Assembly: GCA_001790095.1 (NCBI GenBank)
Contig: MGBH01000001.1
Location: forward strand, 1,050,001-1,082,000
Reading direction: 5' to 3'
DNA: 32,000 bases
Origin: Candidatus Saccharimonadota bacterium
Lineage (GTDB): Bacteria > Patescibacteriota > Microgenomatia > UBA1406 > GWC2-37-13
Positions within the stretch are counted from its first letter, which is position 1. Every line of letters begins with the position of its first letter. The notes beneath the pieces are model-generated. The model saw only the letters and a program-made list of their open reading frames with translations, searched no databases and was not told the origin of the DNA. Shown one piece after another: positions 5,978-14,307 of the stretch. Both the position numbers and the translations under genes were made by a program.

Positions 5978-6982
5978 ATGTTTTTAAAACTTCTTAAACT
6001 TGGTGCTTTGCTTTTAGTATTTACCATCATGGTAATTGCTGTTGTCAAAAAGAACTCTGTTCGTACTGTTTCTGCCAAAGAGTTCATGGAACAAACCAAC
6101 AACGATTTAAATAGCATTGTTGGCAAAATTCATTTTTACCAAAACAGCTTTGCAAAAGTTGGAAAGTTATTTGGTGAGACACAAACGGCCTTTTATGAAA
6201 TAACTACCAGTCGCACTTACTTTGAATCTGTTAAGGACACAAAAAAAGACATACGAGATATACAAAACCTTCTTCATCAAATTGAGCAGCTTCAGTCCAA
6301 ACGCAAGCAGGTAAATCCACCTAAAGAACTTGAGGTTTTGGCCCAAAACCTTGACGAATATCATATTACCATTCATTCCGCACTTGAAAAACTCCTTATT
6401 CACGAGCAGACACAGGAAAAGCTGCTTGGATTATCTACAGAGAGATATAATCAATTATTAGATCGACTCTCCAGCGTTAAAGATGGTGCGGAATTTGTCA
6501 ATCTAATTCTAGAAATAAATCCTCTAGCACAAAAAGTAATACGAGATATGGATTCTTATTCCCTTCCAGAAGCCGAAAAAGCCATTTTTGCCAATGTTAT
6601 TAAACAACACAGGCTTCAAGCTGATACATTTGCTACTTTAGCACAGCTTATTCAATCTCAAGATCCAAACATGAAAGCAAAATTCGATTCTATCATAAAT
6701 GATTTTTCGTCAAAAATGGATACTTTAAAAAAATCTGATGCGGCGGAGATTTATGTAAAAATTTCTCCTATAGGATCAGAATTTAAAACGGCCTTAAGCT
6801 TAGAGAAAAAAATATATGATTATATTAATAACCTTAACATGTTAAATGTTACCAGTAGTCCCAGTGTATCAGTTATTATCCCTAGTGTAACATCTAACTT
6901 TTCTGTTTCACCAACATTAACTCAACCACCACAAAACCAACTAAACAATCCAGGGCAAGGTAAAGGTAAAAACAAAAAGTGA
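5978..6982 (+). CDS. Membrane-anchored coiled-coil protein with Ser/Thr/Pro-rich basic tail (island module E)
   Basis: 334 aa with an N-terminal TM helix (LGALLLVFTIMVIAVV), a long helical region and a tail SSPSVSVIIPSVTSNFSVSPTLTQPP..GQGKGKNKK. No enzymatic motif. Confidence 0.55.
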   Translation: MFLKLLKLGALLLVFTIMVIAVVKKNSVRTVSAKEFMEQTNNDLNSIVGKIHFYQNSFAKVGKLFGETQTAFYEITTSRTYFESVKDTKKDIRDIQNLLHQIEQLQSKRKQVNPPKELEVLAQNLDEYHITIHSALEKLLIHEQTQEKLLGLSTERYNQLLDRLSSVKDGAEFVNLILEINPLAQKVIRDMDSYSLPEAEKAIFANVIKQHRLQADTFATLAQLIQSQDPNMKAKFDSIINDFSSKMDTLKKSDAAEIYVKISPIGSEFKTALSLEKKIYDYINNLNMLNVTSSPSVSVIIPSVTSNFSVSPTLTQPPQNQLNNPGQGKGKNKK

Positions 6983-7039
6983 TAAAAATGACCATTCCAT
7001 TGCCAAGAAAGAGTTAGTATTAAGCACTTCTTTTCTTTA

Positions 7040-7116
7040 ATTAGGAGAGCTTTTGAGCTACAAGACTAAAATCAGATTATCCTTTGCTATAGCCATCTTG
7101 CGCATGCTTCGAGGGA
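7040..7116 (+). repeat. Inter-module repeat U5 (degenerate)
   Basis: It shares TTTGAGCTACAAG.CTAAA with U4. Its end GCATGCTTCGAGGGA (7102-7116) recurs as GCATGAGCTTGAGGGA at 8107-8122. Confidence 0.55.
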
Positions 7117-7146
7117 CAAGGAGGAGAGATAAGTGATACAAGCAAA

Positions 7147-7476
7147 TTAAGGCAAATTAAAACCATAACACCAATCTTCCATTTTTCCTCCTGTTTTGTA
7201 ATAAACATCACAATGAAACTTTCTCCATATTGGAATTGACCAGCTTAAATTTAGACATCTTTTGAAATCTTTAAGACGTAAAACTTTTTGATGATCTGTT
7301 TCATTGGGGGTAATTTTTTGTTTATTATTTATACGACATTCTACTATTTGGGGATTATTCTCAGGATTTGAAGGTGGTATTCCTTCGACAATGAATACCA
7401 ATACAATGACAACGACTAATACCAATAGGAATACAATTAAAAATATTTTACGAAATATTACGGAACGATATCTCAC
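7147..7476 (-). CDS. Small membrane-anchored Cys-containing protein
   Basis: 109 aa with a TM helix (IFLIVFLLVLVVVIVLVFIV) and an extracytoplasmic domain with 4 Cys. It is the only minus-strand ORF in the island. Confidence 0.45.
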   Translation of the reverse strand: MRYRSVIFRKIFLIVFLLVLVVVIVLVFIVEGIPPSNPENNPQIVECRINNKQKITPNETDHQKVLRLKDFKRCLNLSWSIPIWRKFHCDVYYKTGGKMEDWCYGFNLP

Positions 7477-7582
7477 AGATGTATTTTAACAAACAACTTC
7501 GGGGGTTCGACAGACAATTCAAAACAATAATTAAGTTAATTCAAGGATTGAATTTTCATCTTAAAACAACACGATGTTCGCT

Positions 7583-7591
7583 TGATATAAT
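7583..7591 (+). promoter_or_regulatory. Extended -10 (TGATATAAT), 6 nt before ATG 7598
   Basis: TGnTATAAT consensus. With this spacing the ATG falls at the expected transcription start. Confidence 0.55.
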
Positions 7592-7597
7592 TTTCAT

Positions 7598-8092
7598 ATG
7601 GATATAAAAATAAGAGAATATACAGAAAAAGATTTGTTGTTTGTTAAGTCTTCATTTGAAAACCTTCATGATTATGTAGTTTCAATAGACCCGATAAAAA
7701 GGATACGGAAAATGCCCGGATATCTCGAAGTTTTTTTTGGAAAGTTTGTCAACAATATTAAAAACAACCAAGGCAAAATCTATATCTCTGAATTTGAAGG
7801 AAAACCGATAGGTTTTGTTGGAGGTTTTGTTGCCGATAAACAGTCCGAGGAAAATTTGTTGGAAGTTATTCCATCACAGTTAGGAATTATTAGTGACATC
7901 TACACTATTCCGGAATATAGGGGAAAAAAAATTGGAGGGCGATTGATAAAACAAATAGAAGAATATTTAGTGTCTAAAAATTGTGATGCAATATGGATAA
8001 ATACAAATGGCTTTAATACTTCAGCGCTTCGACTATATAAATCAATTGGATTTTCAGAAAGAGAAATTGGACTCATGAAAAAAATTAAATAA
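7598..8092 (+). CDS. GNAT family N-acetyltransferase (paralog 1)
   Basis: 164 aa. Acetyl-CoA motif A IPEYRGKKIGGRLI, then AIWINT..NTSALRLYKSIGF. It is about 88% aa identical to CDS 9582..10076. Confidence 0.8.
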   Translation: MDIKIREYTEKDLLFVKSSFENLHDYVVSIDPIKRIRKMPGYLEVFFGKFVNNIKNNQGKIYISEFEGKPIGFVGGFVADKQSEENLLEVIPSQLGIISDIYTIPEYRGKKIGGRLIKQIEEYLVSKNCDAIWINTNGFNTSALRLYKSIGFSEREIGLMKKIK

Positions 8093-8260
8093 AACACTTT
8101 CTAATTGCATGAGCTTGAGGGAGTTTGGAGAATGTTATTATAACCTACTTAATTACAGGATTAAACGGTTCTAAACGGACACGCTTAAACAAGGTGGTCA
8201 TTGTTCTAACGAAATAATTATACTTGTTGTAGATTTCCATTAATGGTAATCTTATAGAAG

Positions 8261-8881
8261 ATGTCTAAAGAATTTTTCATTGCTAGACGACCATCGCACT
8301 TCAGCGTTAATCCTTTAGTAAAAGCGTTTATTCTTTCTGAAATGTTTTTATGGTCTGCGTGGAATTTTGTTATTCCAATTTTTGCAATTTTTGCAACAAA
8401 TGAAATACAGGGTGGCAATGTCAAAATTGCTGCTTCCGCTTATAGTACCTACTTAATTGTTAGGGTTATCACTGAATTAATAGCGGGTAAATATTTATTA
8501 GACAAGAAGGATGCTGAGAAAATAATAGACACAGTTATTGGGACTTTTATCATAGCGGTTTCTTTTATTGGTTTTAGTTTATCCAATACAGTTTTACCAT
8601 TATTTATATTTTTCGGAACGATTGGAATAGGTATGGGGATGAGTGCTCCAGCCAAATATTCTCTTTTTTCTTGTCATTTAGACAAAGGAAAAGAAGCACT
8701 CGAATGGAGTTTTCATGACGCAATAAGTTTTACAGGGATGGCATTATCTGCAACCTTGGGTGGCTTTATTGCCGCTGAATATGGATTTAAGTTATTATTT
8801 TTCTTAGCATCTTTAGTCAACCTTATTGCAATCGTTCCTTATCTTGTATATTTACGACTTAATCATTCAAACGAACATTGA
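8261..8881 (+). CDS. Six-TM half-size MFS-like membrane protein (possibly 5'-truncated transporter)
   Basis: 206 aa with about 6 hydrophobic helices. It looks like the C-terminal half of a 12-TM MFS, and no N-terminal half is present upstream. Confidence 0.45.
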   Translation: MSKEFFIARRPSHFSVNPLVKAFILSEMFLWSAWNFVIPIFAIFATNEIQGGNVKIAASAYSTYLIVRVITELIAGKYLLDKKDAEKIIDTVIGTFIIAVSFIGFSLSNTVLPLFIFFGTIGIGMGMSAPAKYSLFSCHLDKGKEALEWSFHDAISFTGMALSATLGGFIAAEYGFKLLFFLASLVNLIAIVPYLVYLRLNHSNEH

Positions 8882-8959
8882 GACAAATAACACAAAAATG
8901 CTCGCGAAATCTTCCATTCATTAACTTTTATCACTTGAGAATCAGGCTACATTTTTCAA

Positions 8960-9046
8960 CCTATTTTCGTATTTGCTGAACGAGCCTAAAACCTTCAAAT
9001 ATTTTATAATATACGATAGCTTAATAAACAAACCCCCGAGGTTGTT
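8960..9046 (+). repeat. Inter-module repeat U6
   Basis: TTTTCGTATTTGCTGAACGAGCCTAAAACCTTCAAATA (8965-9002) matches U3. Its 3' part CAAACCCCCGAGGTTGT (9029-9045) is the inverted complement (15/17) of ACAACTTCGGGGGTTCG at 7493-7509. Confidence 0.65.
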
Positions 9047-9073
9047 CAAAACATCTTCTTATTGCCTCTGCTT

Positions 9074-9084
9074 GGGGGAGCCAT
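9074..9084 (+). repeat. 11-bp direct repeat of the tRNA-Asn 3' end (GGGGGAGCCAT)
   Basis: Identical to 3420-3430 (acceptor 3' strand, discriminator, CCA and 1 nt). Candidate distal att scar. Confidence 0.6.
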
Positions 9085-9132
9085 CCTCATTCTATGCTGT
9101 CACATAAGCCTACTTCAATAAATATCCCACGG

Positions 9133-9141
9133 TGTTATAAT
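9133..9141 (+). promoter_or_regulatory. Extended -10 (TGTTATAAT), 6 nt before ATG 9148
   Basis: Same geometry as the other leaderless-type starts. It argues for start 9148 rather than 9094. Confidence 0.5.
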
Positions 9142-9147
9142 TACTTC

Positions 9148-9480
9148 ATGAACACAATTACCTATAAAATTGTAGTTGGAGTTCCTGAAAGTCATACGAG
9201 GAAGGTATTGGATGTGCTCGGAAGCGCGGGAGCTGGTAAGATTGGCAACTACTCACACTGTAGTTCAGTAACCAAAACCGTTGGTCACTTTAAACCATTA
9301 TCAGGGGCCCATCCGACAATCGGAGAGATAGGAAAAATTGAAAGCGTGATAGAAGATAGAATTGAAACATGGTGTTATAAAAAAGATCTTAAAAAAATAA
9401 TCCAAGCGATAAAGAGCGTTCATCCTTACGAAGAACCAGTAATTAATGTTTATAAGCTTGAAAAACTACCTGCGACATAA
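9148..9480 (+). CDS. Small NIF3/YqfO C-terminal-like (PII-fold) protein
   Basis: 110 aa from the internal Met. YKIVVGVPESHTRKVLDVLGSAGAGKIGNYSHCS .. HPYEEPVINVYKLE resembles the insert/cap domain of NIF3-family proteins as I recall it. Confidence 0.5.
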   Translation: MNTITYKIVVGVPESHTRKVLDVLGSAGAGKIGNYSHCSSVTKTVGHFKPLSGAHPTIGEIGKIESVIEDRIETWCYKKDLKKIIQAIKSVHPYEEPVINVYKLEKLPAT

Positions 9481-9566
9481 CCATACGCTCCTTATTACTT
9501 CGGTTATGGGGAAGCTAATAGATCACCATTACTTTATTTTCAACTTCAAACAGCGTTCGGTACTCT

Positions 9567-9575
9567 TGATATAAT
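9567..9575 (+). promoter_or_regulatory. Extended -10 (TGATATAAT), 6 nt before ATG 9582
   Basis: Same element as 7583-7591. Confidence 0.55.
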
Positions 9576-9581
9576 CACCAT

Positions 9582-10076
9582 ATGGATATAGACATAAGAG
9601 AATATACAGAAAAAGATTTGTTGTTTGTTAAGTCTTCATTTGAAAACCTTCATGATTATGTAGTTTCAATAGACCCGATAAAAAGGATACGGAAAATGCC
9701 CGGATATCTCGAAGTTTTTTTTGAAAAGTTTGTCAACAATATTAAAAACAACCAAGGCAAAATCTATATCTCTGAATTTGAAGGAAAACCAATAGGCTTT
9801 ATCGGAGGTTTTGTTGCTGATAAACAGTCTACGGAAAATCTGTTAGAGGTTGTTCCGTCTAAACTCGGAATTATCAGCGATATTTATCTTATTCCGGAAT
9901 ATAGGGGTAAAAAGATAGGAGAAAAACTCATGAAACGCATGGAAGAATATCTTATTTCTAATAATTGTGATGCGATATGGGTAGATACAAATAGCTTTAA
10001 TAAACCAGCACTTCGATTATATAAATCAATTGGATTTTCTGAAAGAGAAATTGGGCTCATGAAGAAAATTAAATAA
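9582..10076 (+). CDS. GNAT family N-acetyltransferase (paralog 2)
   Basis: 164 aa with IPEYRGKKIGEKLM and ALRLYKSIGF. Paralog of 7598..8092. Confidence 0.8.
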   Translation: MDIDIREYTEKDLLFVKSSFENLHDYVVSIDPIKRIRKMPGYLEVFFEKFVNNIKNNQGKIYISEFEGKPIGFIGGFVADKQSTENLLEVVPSKLGIISDIYLIPEYRGKKIGEKLMKRMEEYLISNNCDAIWVDTNSFNKPALRLYKSIGFSEREIGLMKKIK

Positions 10077-10182
10077 AACATTACTGGGAAATATAGTGAA
10101 AAACCCCTTAACTATTTAATAAAATTGAATACAGAACTACTCTGATAAAAGTTTTATATTAGTATAATAAAGGTGATAAATA

Positions 10183-10905
10183 ATGCAAAAGAATAAGATT
10201 CAAACTCTTCCTATTATATTGATAATATTGGTAATCGTTTTGATAATAAGTGGTTTTTTTGTGTTTAAAAATTATAACAAGAAGGAAAGAAATCAAGTAA
10301 ACGATGCCCATATAAGCTATATTCCTTTTGGCGACTCATTTACTATCGGTTTAGGGGTACCAGAATCTCATCGCCTGCCAAACCTTATGGTTGAGCATTT
10401 TGCCAAAGAAGGAATTAATATTGGGATTCTTGAAAATCCCGCGGTGTCCGGTTATACCGTTGACGATGTGATTCAATTTGAACTGCCGGTATTAGAGACC
10501 TTAAAACCTGATTTTGTCACAGTTTTTATCGGTACAAATGATAGTTTTTCCCGTACAGATGTTAAGCTTTTTGAGTCTGATTATAAAAAACTTCTTGATA
10601 AGCTCCAAAAACTGCTAGTAAACCCAAAAAAAATTGTGTTGATTACTATCCCCGATTATTCGCAATTTCCTGGTTTAAAACAGTATAAAAACAACAATCT
10701 TCCTCATCTTATTTCCTCATACAACGAGATAATAAAACAAGAATCTATAAAACGAGATTTATTTCTGGCAGATATTTATCCGGTTAGCCAAACTATGACC
10801 GAAGAGAAAGATTTTATATCAGACGGAATTCATCCTTCTAAAGCAGGGTATATGAAATGGGAAAAAGTAATTTATCCAAAAGTCAAAAAGTTGTTACTTA
10901 ACTAA
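10183..10905 (+). CDS. SGNH/GDSL hydrolase family protein with N-terminal signal anchor
   Basis: FGDSFTIG (block I Ser), GTNDS (block III) and DGIHPS (block V Asp/His). AAGGTGAT SD. Confidence 0.8.
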   Translation: MQKNKIQTLPIILIILVIVLIISGFFVFKNYNKKERNQVNDAHISYIPFGDSFTIGLGVPESHRLPNLMVEHFAKEGINIGILENPAVSGYTVDDVIQFELPVLETLKPDFVTVFIGTNDSFSRTDVKLFESDYKKLLDKLQKLLVNPKKIVLITIPDYSQFPGLKQYKNNNLPHLISSYNEIIKQESIKRDLFLADIYPVSQTMTEEKDFISDGIHPSKAGYMKWEKVIYPKVKKLLLN

Positions 10906-10931
10906 TCTCTATCGTAATATAAAAACGCGAA

Positions 10932-11477
10932 TTAGCCAACCTGTTTTTTAAGTGTTTGTTGTATGTTCTCTGTGTTTGTTGGCTCCAACATTTGTTTAAG
11001 CTCGAGATCTTTTGAAACATCAATATTGTTTTTTTTGAGTAACAAAATTAACAACTCAATAGTTTTTGTGATTTCTTCTTCAGCTATTGTGTTTATATGT
11101 AAGTCAATTTCATCCCGTAAGTCATCGATCTTTGCAGCACGATTTTGAGATATTAATACGATAATGGCTAAAAAAATCGCCTCGAGTGAAACAATCATTG
11201 TCAATAAACCAAATGGAAAGGGGTCAAAGATACGAATACTTGGAACATGCCCGGTGTTGATTAGTATCCAACTAGAAAACCATATTACATTGATGATAAG
11301 AAATCCCATGCTTCCCAAGCGGGATGTCATCAAATCAGCAAGTTTTTCAGTCGGCGACCTGTCAATGTTGGCATGTGCTTCAAAACTTTCAATTGTTCTT
11401 TTTCTACTCTTGAATCGGCGTCGAAATGCTACTGGGTCGTGGAGAGGTATGAGGTTTTGATCGTTAAACTTGGACAT
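10932..11477 (-). CDS. DUF1003 family membrane protein
   Basis: 181 aa. LADLMTSRLGSMGFLIINVIWF..FDPFPFGLLTMIVSLEAIFLAIIVLISQNR is the conserved DUF1003 core. Confidence 0.7.
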   Translation of the reverse strand: MSKFNDQNLIPLHDPVAFRRRFKSRKRTIESFEAHANIDRSPTEKLADLMTSRLGSMGFLIINVIWFSSWILINTGHVPSIRIFDPFPFGLLTMIVSLEAIFLAIIVLISQNRAAKIDDLRDEIDLHINTIAEEEITKTIELLILLLKKNNIDVSKDLELKQMLEPTNTENIQQTLKKQVG

Positions 11478-11540
11478 AAGAATAGTTTAATTATATATCA
11501 AGTAGTTGTAAACAAACCCCTAGGGTTCTCCAGCGAGACC

Positions 11541-12887
11541 TTAATGAATAAATACTAAAGAGATGAGGCTTGCTATGATAATAGCAATTGAAGCTAGAAA
11601 AAATTTAAAAGCGAATAGTCTACTTCCTTGAATAAAACTGTAAAAAGTTTTTGCCAAAAGATTAATCGCGTTGGCAAAAATGAGAGTTAAAACCCCGGTT
11701 TTATAACTAATGAGTTTACCAGCAATCTCGCCAACGTTTAAAGTAACAACATCAAGACCGGTAAAAGAAGCAATTGCAGACGTTATCAGAAAACCACCTT
11801 GTCCAAAAAAGACAAGCGAAACTTTAGAGAAAATTTTAATAATAGTAAAAACAAGAGCAAACTGAATAGCGGGTTTTAAACTGAAAATCTTAATTGCTCT
11901 CATTTCTTTCTTCGTTTCATTTATTTCCCTCCCAACAAGTTTCTTACTCTTTACATAAAATAGTAATCCAACCACCAATCCTGACATAATGATTGAAAAT
12001 AGATATGGGATTCCAGCGATAAGGAGAGTCGTGTTGATTGCAGCAATAAGAAGAAAATGTTGTATAAAGCTTGAAAAATTGGCAAATATTGCAGCTGCGA
12101 CAAGACCGTTAATATTCTTTGACTTTTTACTACGGATAGCTAAAGACTGCGTGGTTGAGGTTGAGGAAATGAATCCGCCAGCAATACTCGTTAAAAGCCA
12201 GCTACTTTTTTGTCCTATAGCCTTTTCAAAAATATAACCGGCTACATCAATACCGGTAATAATTACGACAATCTTCCATAGGTTAAATGGATTAACAATT
12301 TCAATATTAATAAAACTGTTCATGTGCCAGTTTAAAGATTTAAAAAGAGAAACAATTCCTGGAAAAGATGAGAGGCTAATTGCTTTATTAGGAAGAAATG
12401 GTAAGATTACTAATGCGATTAAAGCATATGCGATAAACGCATCTACTTCATAATGTTTAATGTTGGCGATAAATACTTTAATTTCTGATTTCAAAGACAT
12501 GATTAATATCAAAACAATAGTTAGGGCAATAATTAGTTGTATGGGAAAAAGACCAAGTCCAATAAATACACTAAAAAGAAAGTTTAAAAGAATTGCCATT
12601 TCCGTGGTTAATCCGGCATCTTTGTGAAACAATGAGGTAAAAATGTAATAACCAAAAAGCAGTAATATAAATACTAAACCAATAAACAAAAACAAAAAGA
12701 CATGTGTTTTATAAAGCAATCCTGATAAAACACCAAGAAGAGAGATAAGAGCATAACTGCGAACGCCTAAATTTCCCCGCCCTGACAGAGTTTTATTGTT
12801 TTGAGAGATATAAGATTCACGTTCAAAGCCAACGGCTGTACCCAAAAGGATAGCAATAATAATTTTTGTCAGATATGTAAACTGCAT
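11541..12887 (-). CDS. MgtC/SapB family plus DUF4010 membrane protein
   Basis: 448 aa, polytopic. The N-terminal IIAILLGTAVGFERE is the MgtC signature. Confidence 0.7.
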   Translation of the reverse strand: MQFTYLTKIIIAILLGTAVGFERESYISQNNKTLSGRGNLGVRSYALISLLGVLSGLLYKTHVFLFLFIGLVFILLLFGYYIFTSLFHKDAGLTTEMAILLNFLFSVFIGLGLFPIQLIIALTIVLILIMSLKSEIKVFIANIKHYEVDAFIAYALIALVILPFLPNKAISLSSFPGIVSLFKSLNWHMNSFINIEIVNPFNLWKIVVIITGIDVAGYIFEKAIGQKSSWLLTSIAGGFISSTSTTQSLAIRSKKSKNINGLVAAAIFANFSSFIQHFLLIAAINTTLLIAGIPYLFSIIMSGLVVGLLFYVKSKKLVGREINETKKEMRAIKIFSLKPAIQFALVFTIIKIFSKVSLVFFGQGGFLITSAIASFTGLDVVTLNVGEIAGKLISYKTGVLTLIFANAINLLAKTFYSFIQGSRLFAFKFFLASIAIIIASLISLVFIH

Positions 12888-12956
12888 TGATGTGTCTAGT
12901 ATAACATACTATAGGTTTAATTACAATATTGTTACTTGGGAGAGGGGAGCAGGTTA

Positions 12957-13211
12957 TTATTTACTTTGACAACCACAGCCGATACTGTCTTGGAATAGTT
13001 CCTCATTCTTACCGCAACCATAATCTATAAGCGCACATGTTTTAAGAGATTTACTAATGTATCTTTTATGCTTTTTATTGGTTTGTTTTTTTATTACCCG
13101 TGGATTAGGATTCTGTCTTTGTATATACACATAAGCAAAAACAACAAACGCACAACCTACGACCATATTCAGCCCGATTTGTATGACATATCTCTTAGCT
13201 TTCATCTTCAT
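12957..13211 (-). CDS. Small membrane-anchored Cys-rich protein
   Basis: 84 aa with one TM helix, a basic linker and a C-terminal CALIDYGCGKNEELFQDSIGCGC. Confidence 0.4.
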   Translation of the reverse strand: MKMKAKRYVIQIGLNMVVGCAFVVFAYVYIQRQNPNPRVIKKQTNKKHKRYISKSLKTCALIDYGCGKNEELFQDSIGCGCQSK

Positions 13212-13342
13212 CTTAATATATCAGAAAAGACCTCTCTGGATTATCAATTAATAATAGCATTTAAAACAATTTAGCCTTCAGGGGTTTATGTTTGTATTTC
13301 CAATATATTGTTTTAACCTAAAAGAATGGGTATTATTTGCAC

Positions 13343-13371
13343 TTGACAAGTACTACAACTAGTTGTATCAT
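13343..13371 (+). promoter_or_regulatory. Sigma70-type promoter TTGACA-17-TGTATCAT with a palindromic operator in the spacer
   Basis: TTGACA at 13343-13348. The 17-nt spacer contains the perfect 12-bp palindrome ACAACTAGTTGT (13354-13365). TATCAT at 13366-13371 is preceded by TG. The ATG of the RHH gene lies 7 nt downstream. Confidence 0.65.
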
Positions 13372-13378
13372 ATGAAGT

Positions 13379-13546
13379 ATGATAACTATAGGTAAGCAAC
13401 GAGTTACTTTATTTCTTCGGCCCGACTTATTGACACATGCAAAAGCACAGGCAGTAGTTGAGGATAGAACACTGACAGAACTTGTGGAAAAAGCATTGAT
13501 AAAATATCTACCGATCGAAACAATAATCAAGAAAATCAAAACATAA
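13379..13546 (+). CDS. Ribbon-helix-helix (CopG/Arc-like) DNA-binding protein
   Basis: 55 aa, below the ORF-track cutoff. My translation is MITIGKQRVTLFLRPDLLTHAKAQAVVEDRTLTELVEKALIKYLPIETIIKKIKT. The beta strand (RVTLFL) followed by two helices is typical RHH. Confidence 0.7.
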   Translation: MITIGKQRVTLFLRPDLLTHAKAQAVVEDRTLTELVEKALIKYLPIETIIKKIKT

Positions 13547-13623
13547 CCATAAAACCATAACGCTACTTATAAAAAGCAGAATTATCTTCGGTATTCAGAT
13601 CAGATTGAAGGAGGTGAGAACAT

Positions 13624-13839
13624 ATGACAACAGTAGTAAACAATCCAGCTCCAGTAGCTGCAGAAAAAGAAGGAAATAGTTTTTTAATAGGCATAATAAT
13701 CTTGGTGGGATTTGTTGCAGTGCTTTTGTATTTTGGTATTCCTGCTATCAAACAGATGGGGCCAGTTAAAGTAAATGTACCAGCTCCTCAAGTAGTTATA
13801 CCAGACAAGATCAACGTCAATGTAAATCAAGATAAGTGA
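13624..13839 (+). CDS. Small single-TM membrane protein
   Basis: 71 aa with a strong GGAGGTGA SD and TM helix FLIGIIILVGFVAVLLYFGI. Confidence 0.6.
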   Translation: MTTVVNNPAPVAAEKEGNSFLIGIIILVGFVAVLLYFGIPAIKQMGPVKVNVPAPQVVIPDKINVNVNQDK

Positions 13840-13868
13840 TCAAATTATAAATTTTAGACATATTAATT

Positions 13869-14120
13869 ATGGAAATTTTACTCTGGATAATATTTGGAGC
13901 ACTCGCTGGATGGATTGCTTCAATAATTATGAAAACAAACGGTAGTCAGGGCACTATCTCAGATATCATTATGGGGGTGATTGGTGCTATTGTCGGAGGC
14001 TTTATTATGAATCTCTTTGGTCAGTCAGGGGTTACGGGATTTAATCTCTATAGTCTTGTGGTAGCTGTGATTGGTGCAGTTGTTGTTATATACATTGGTC
14101 GTATTATACGAAACAAATAA
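13869..14120 (+). CDS. GlsB/YeaQ/YmgE family (transglycosylase-associated) stress membrane protein
   Basis: 83 aa. WIIFGALAGWIASIIM..GVIGAIVGGFI..AVIGAVV is the family pattern. Confidence 0.75.
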   Translation: MEILLWIIFGALAGWIASIIMKTNGSQGTISDIIMGVIGAIVGGFIMNLFGQSGVTGFNLYSLVVAVIGAVVVIYIGRIIRNK

Positions 14121-14121
14121 T

Positions 14122-14265
14122 ATGAATATTTCCACATCAAACCTAAGTCCTTTAGCGTCACTAATATTTGGTATACTTATTTTAGTATTTCCAAAATTCC
14201 TCAACTATCTCATCGCGGGATATCTTATCGTTGTAGGGATACTAGGATTAGGTTTAATAAGATAA
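14122..14265 (+). CDS. DUF3096-like small membrane protein
   Basis: 47 aa from the internal ATG, directly after the stop of the previous gene. LASLIFGILILVFPKFLNYLIAGYLIVVGILGL. Confidence 0.55.
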   Translation: MNISTSNLSPLASLIFGILILVFPKFLNYLIAGYLIVVGILGLGLIR

Positions 14266-14307
14266 CTCTGGCCTTTTGCATGTATTAATAATTAATATAA
14301 ATCTTTT

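Noticed and set aside
7493-7515. TTCGGGGGTTCGAC as a tRNA T-arm fragment or additional tRNA
   Set aside because: No complementary CCCCC strand or other tRNA arms follow. It is treated only as one arm of a weak inverted repeat with 9029-9045.
5365-9046. U/L/R elements as integron attC sites
   Set aside because: There is no IntI-like gene and no attI. The ends lack the RYYYAAC / GTTRRRY core pair (the closest candidates, GCCTAAA and GTTGGTA, do not fit). Only one junction forms a full hairpin. The cassette-like layout is still reported as a finding.
9094-9147. Longer N-terminal extensions offered by the ORF track: 9094 for the NIF3-like gene, and similarly 14071, 21479, GTG 25951 and TTG 27776
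   Set aside because: The internal ATGs have better signals. These are TGTTATAAT-6-ATG at 9148, an ATG directly after the upstream stop at 14122, GGAGG sites before 21497 and 25942, and an ATGA stop-start overlap at 27782.
13333-13751. Two minus-strand ORFs (13333..13539 and 13563..13751)
   Set aside because: They overlap a plus-strand RHH gene with a near-consensus promoter and a plus-strand SD-led membrane-protein gene. Their sequences are low-complexity with no motifs.
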